64,000 bases of DNA, from NCBI GenBank assembly GCA_031260345.1, contig JAIRKA010000071.1:781-64780 (forward strand), in the 5' to 3' direction. Position 1 is the stretch's first letter, and every line of letters starts with the position of its first letter. Source of the DNA: Methanosarcinales archaeon. Its GTDB lineage: Archaea > Halobacteriota > Methanosarcinia > Methanosarcinales > Methanosarcinaceae. The notes below the pieces were generated by a model. That model was given only the letters and a program-made list of their open reading frames with translations. It did not search any database and was not told the origin of the DNA. Positions 63,799 to 64,000 of the stretch are shown piece by piece. Both the position numbers and the translations under genes were made by a program.

Positions 63799-64000
63799 AT
63801 GGCCGTAAAAATTACAGAAACCGCACTTCGTGACGCGCACCAGTGCTTAATTGCAACACGTATGAGAACACGTGATATGTTGGATATTGTTGAAAAGTTA
63901 GATGACGTTGGATACTACTCCCTTGAAATGTGGGGCGGCGCAACTTTTGACACTTGCATCCGTTATTTAAACGAAGACCCGTGGGAAAGACTCAGGGAAA
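63799..64000 (+). CDS. pycB: Pyruvate carboxylase subunit B / oxaloacetate decarboxylase alpha, N-terminal part
   Basis: Not in the ORF track. [22 protein letters not shown]...[24 protein letters not shown]; AGGAGG ribosome-binding site. Confidence 0.9.
   Translation, partial: MAVKITETALRDAHQCLIATRMRTRDMLDIVEKLDDVGYYSLEMWGGATFDTCIRYLNEDPWERLRE

Overview
Archaeal chromosomal DNA from a methylotrophic Methanosarcinaceae methanogen; gene content and style suggest a Methanimicrococcus-like host-associated organism (inference). The window holds 46 complete CDSs and two partial ones. Housekeeping genes include purB, thiL, rpl40e-GGGP synthase, pfdB-DHH-ftsZ-secE-spt5-rpl11-rpl1-rpl10-rpl12, rpl10e, aIF2-beta, tmk, serB, rfcS, secDF and a partial pycB. 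It also carries a large S-layer protein, four GLUG-type surface proteins, a polyphosphate locus (ppk1 plus a CYTH/CHAD fusion) and an mtmC-mtmB-Rh/Amt methylamine cluster. Main observations: (1) none of the 46 complete genes ends in TAG (30 TAA, 16 TGA by my count), while three in-frame TAGs lie inside intact-looking genes: the canonical pyrrolysine codon of mtmB and two in a 1163-codon adhesin. This suggests TAG is read as pyrrolysine outside methyltransferases, possibly giving a Pyl-dependent adhesin. (2) Two families of dispersed intergenic palindromic repeats occur, one with compensatory base changes and c-GNA-g triloops typical of stable single-stranded DNA hairpins. (3) A radical SAM/SPASM homolog has lost all its Fe-S cysteines. 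I found no tRNA, rRNA, CRISPR array, transposase or pyl gene in this window.
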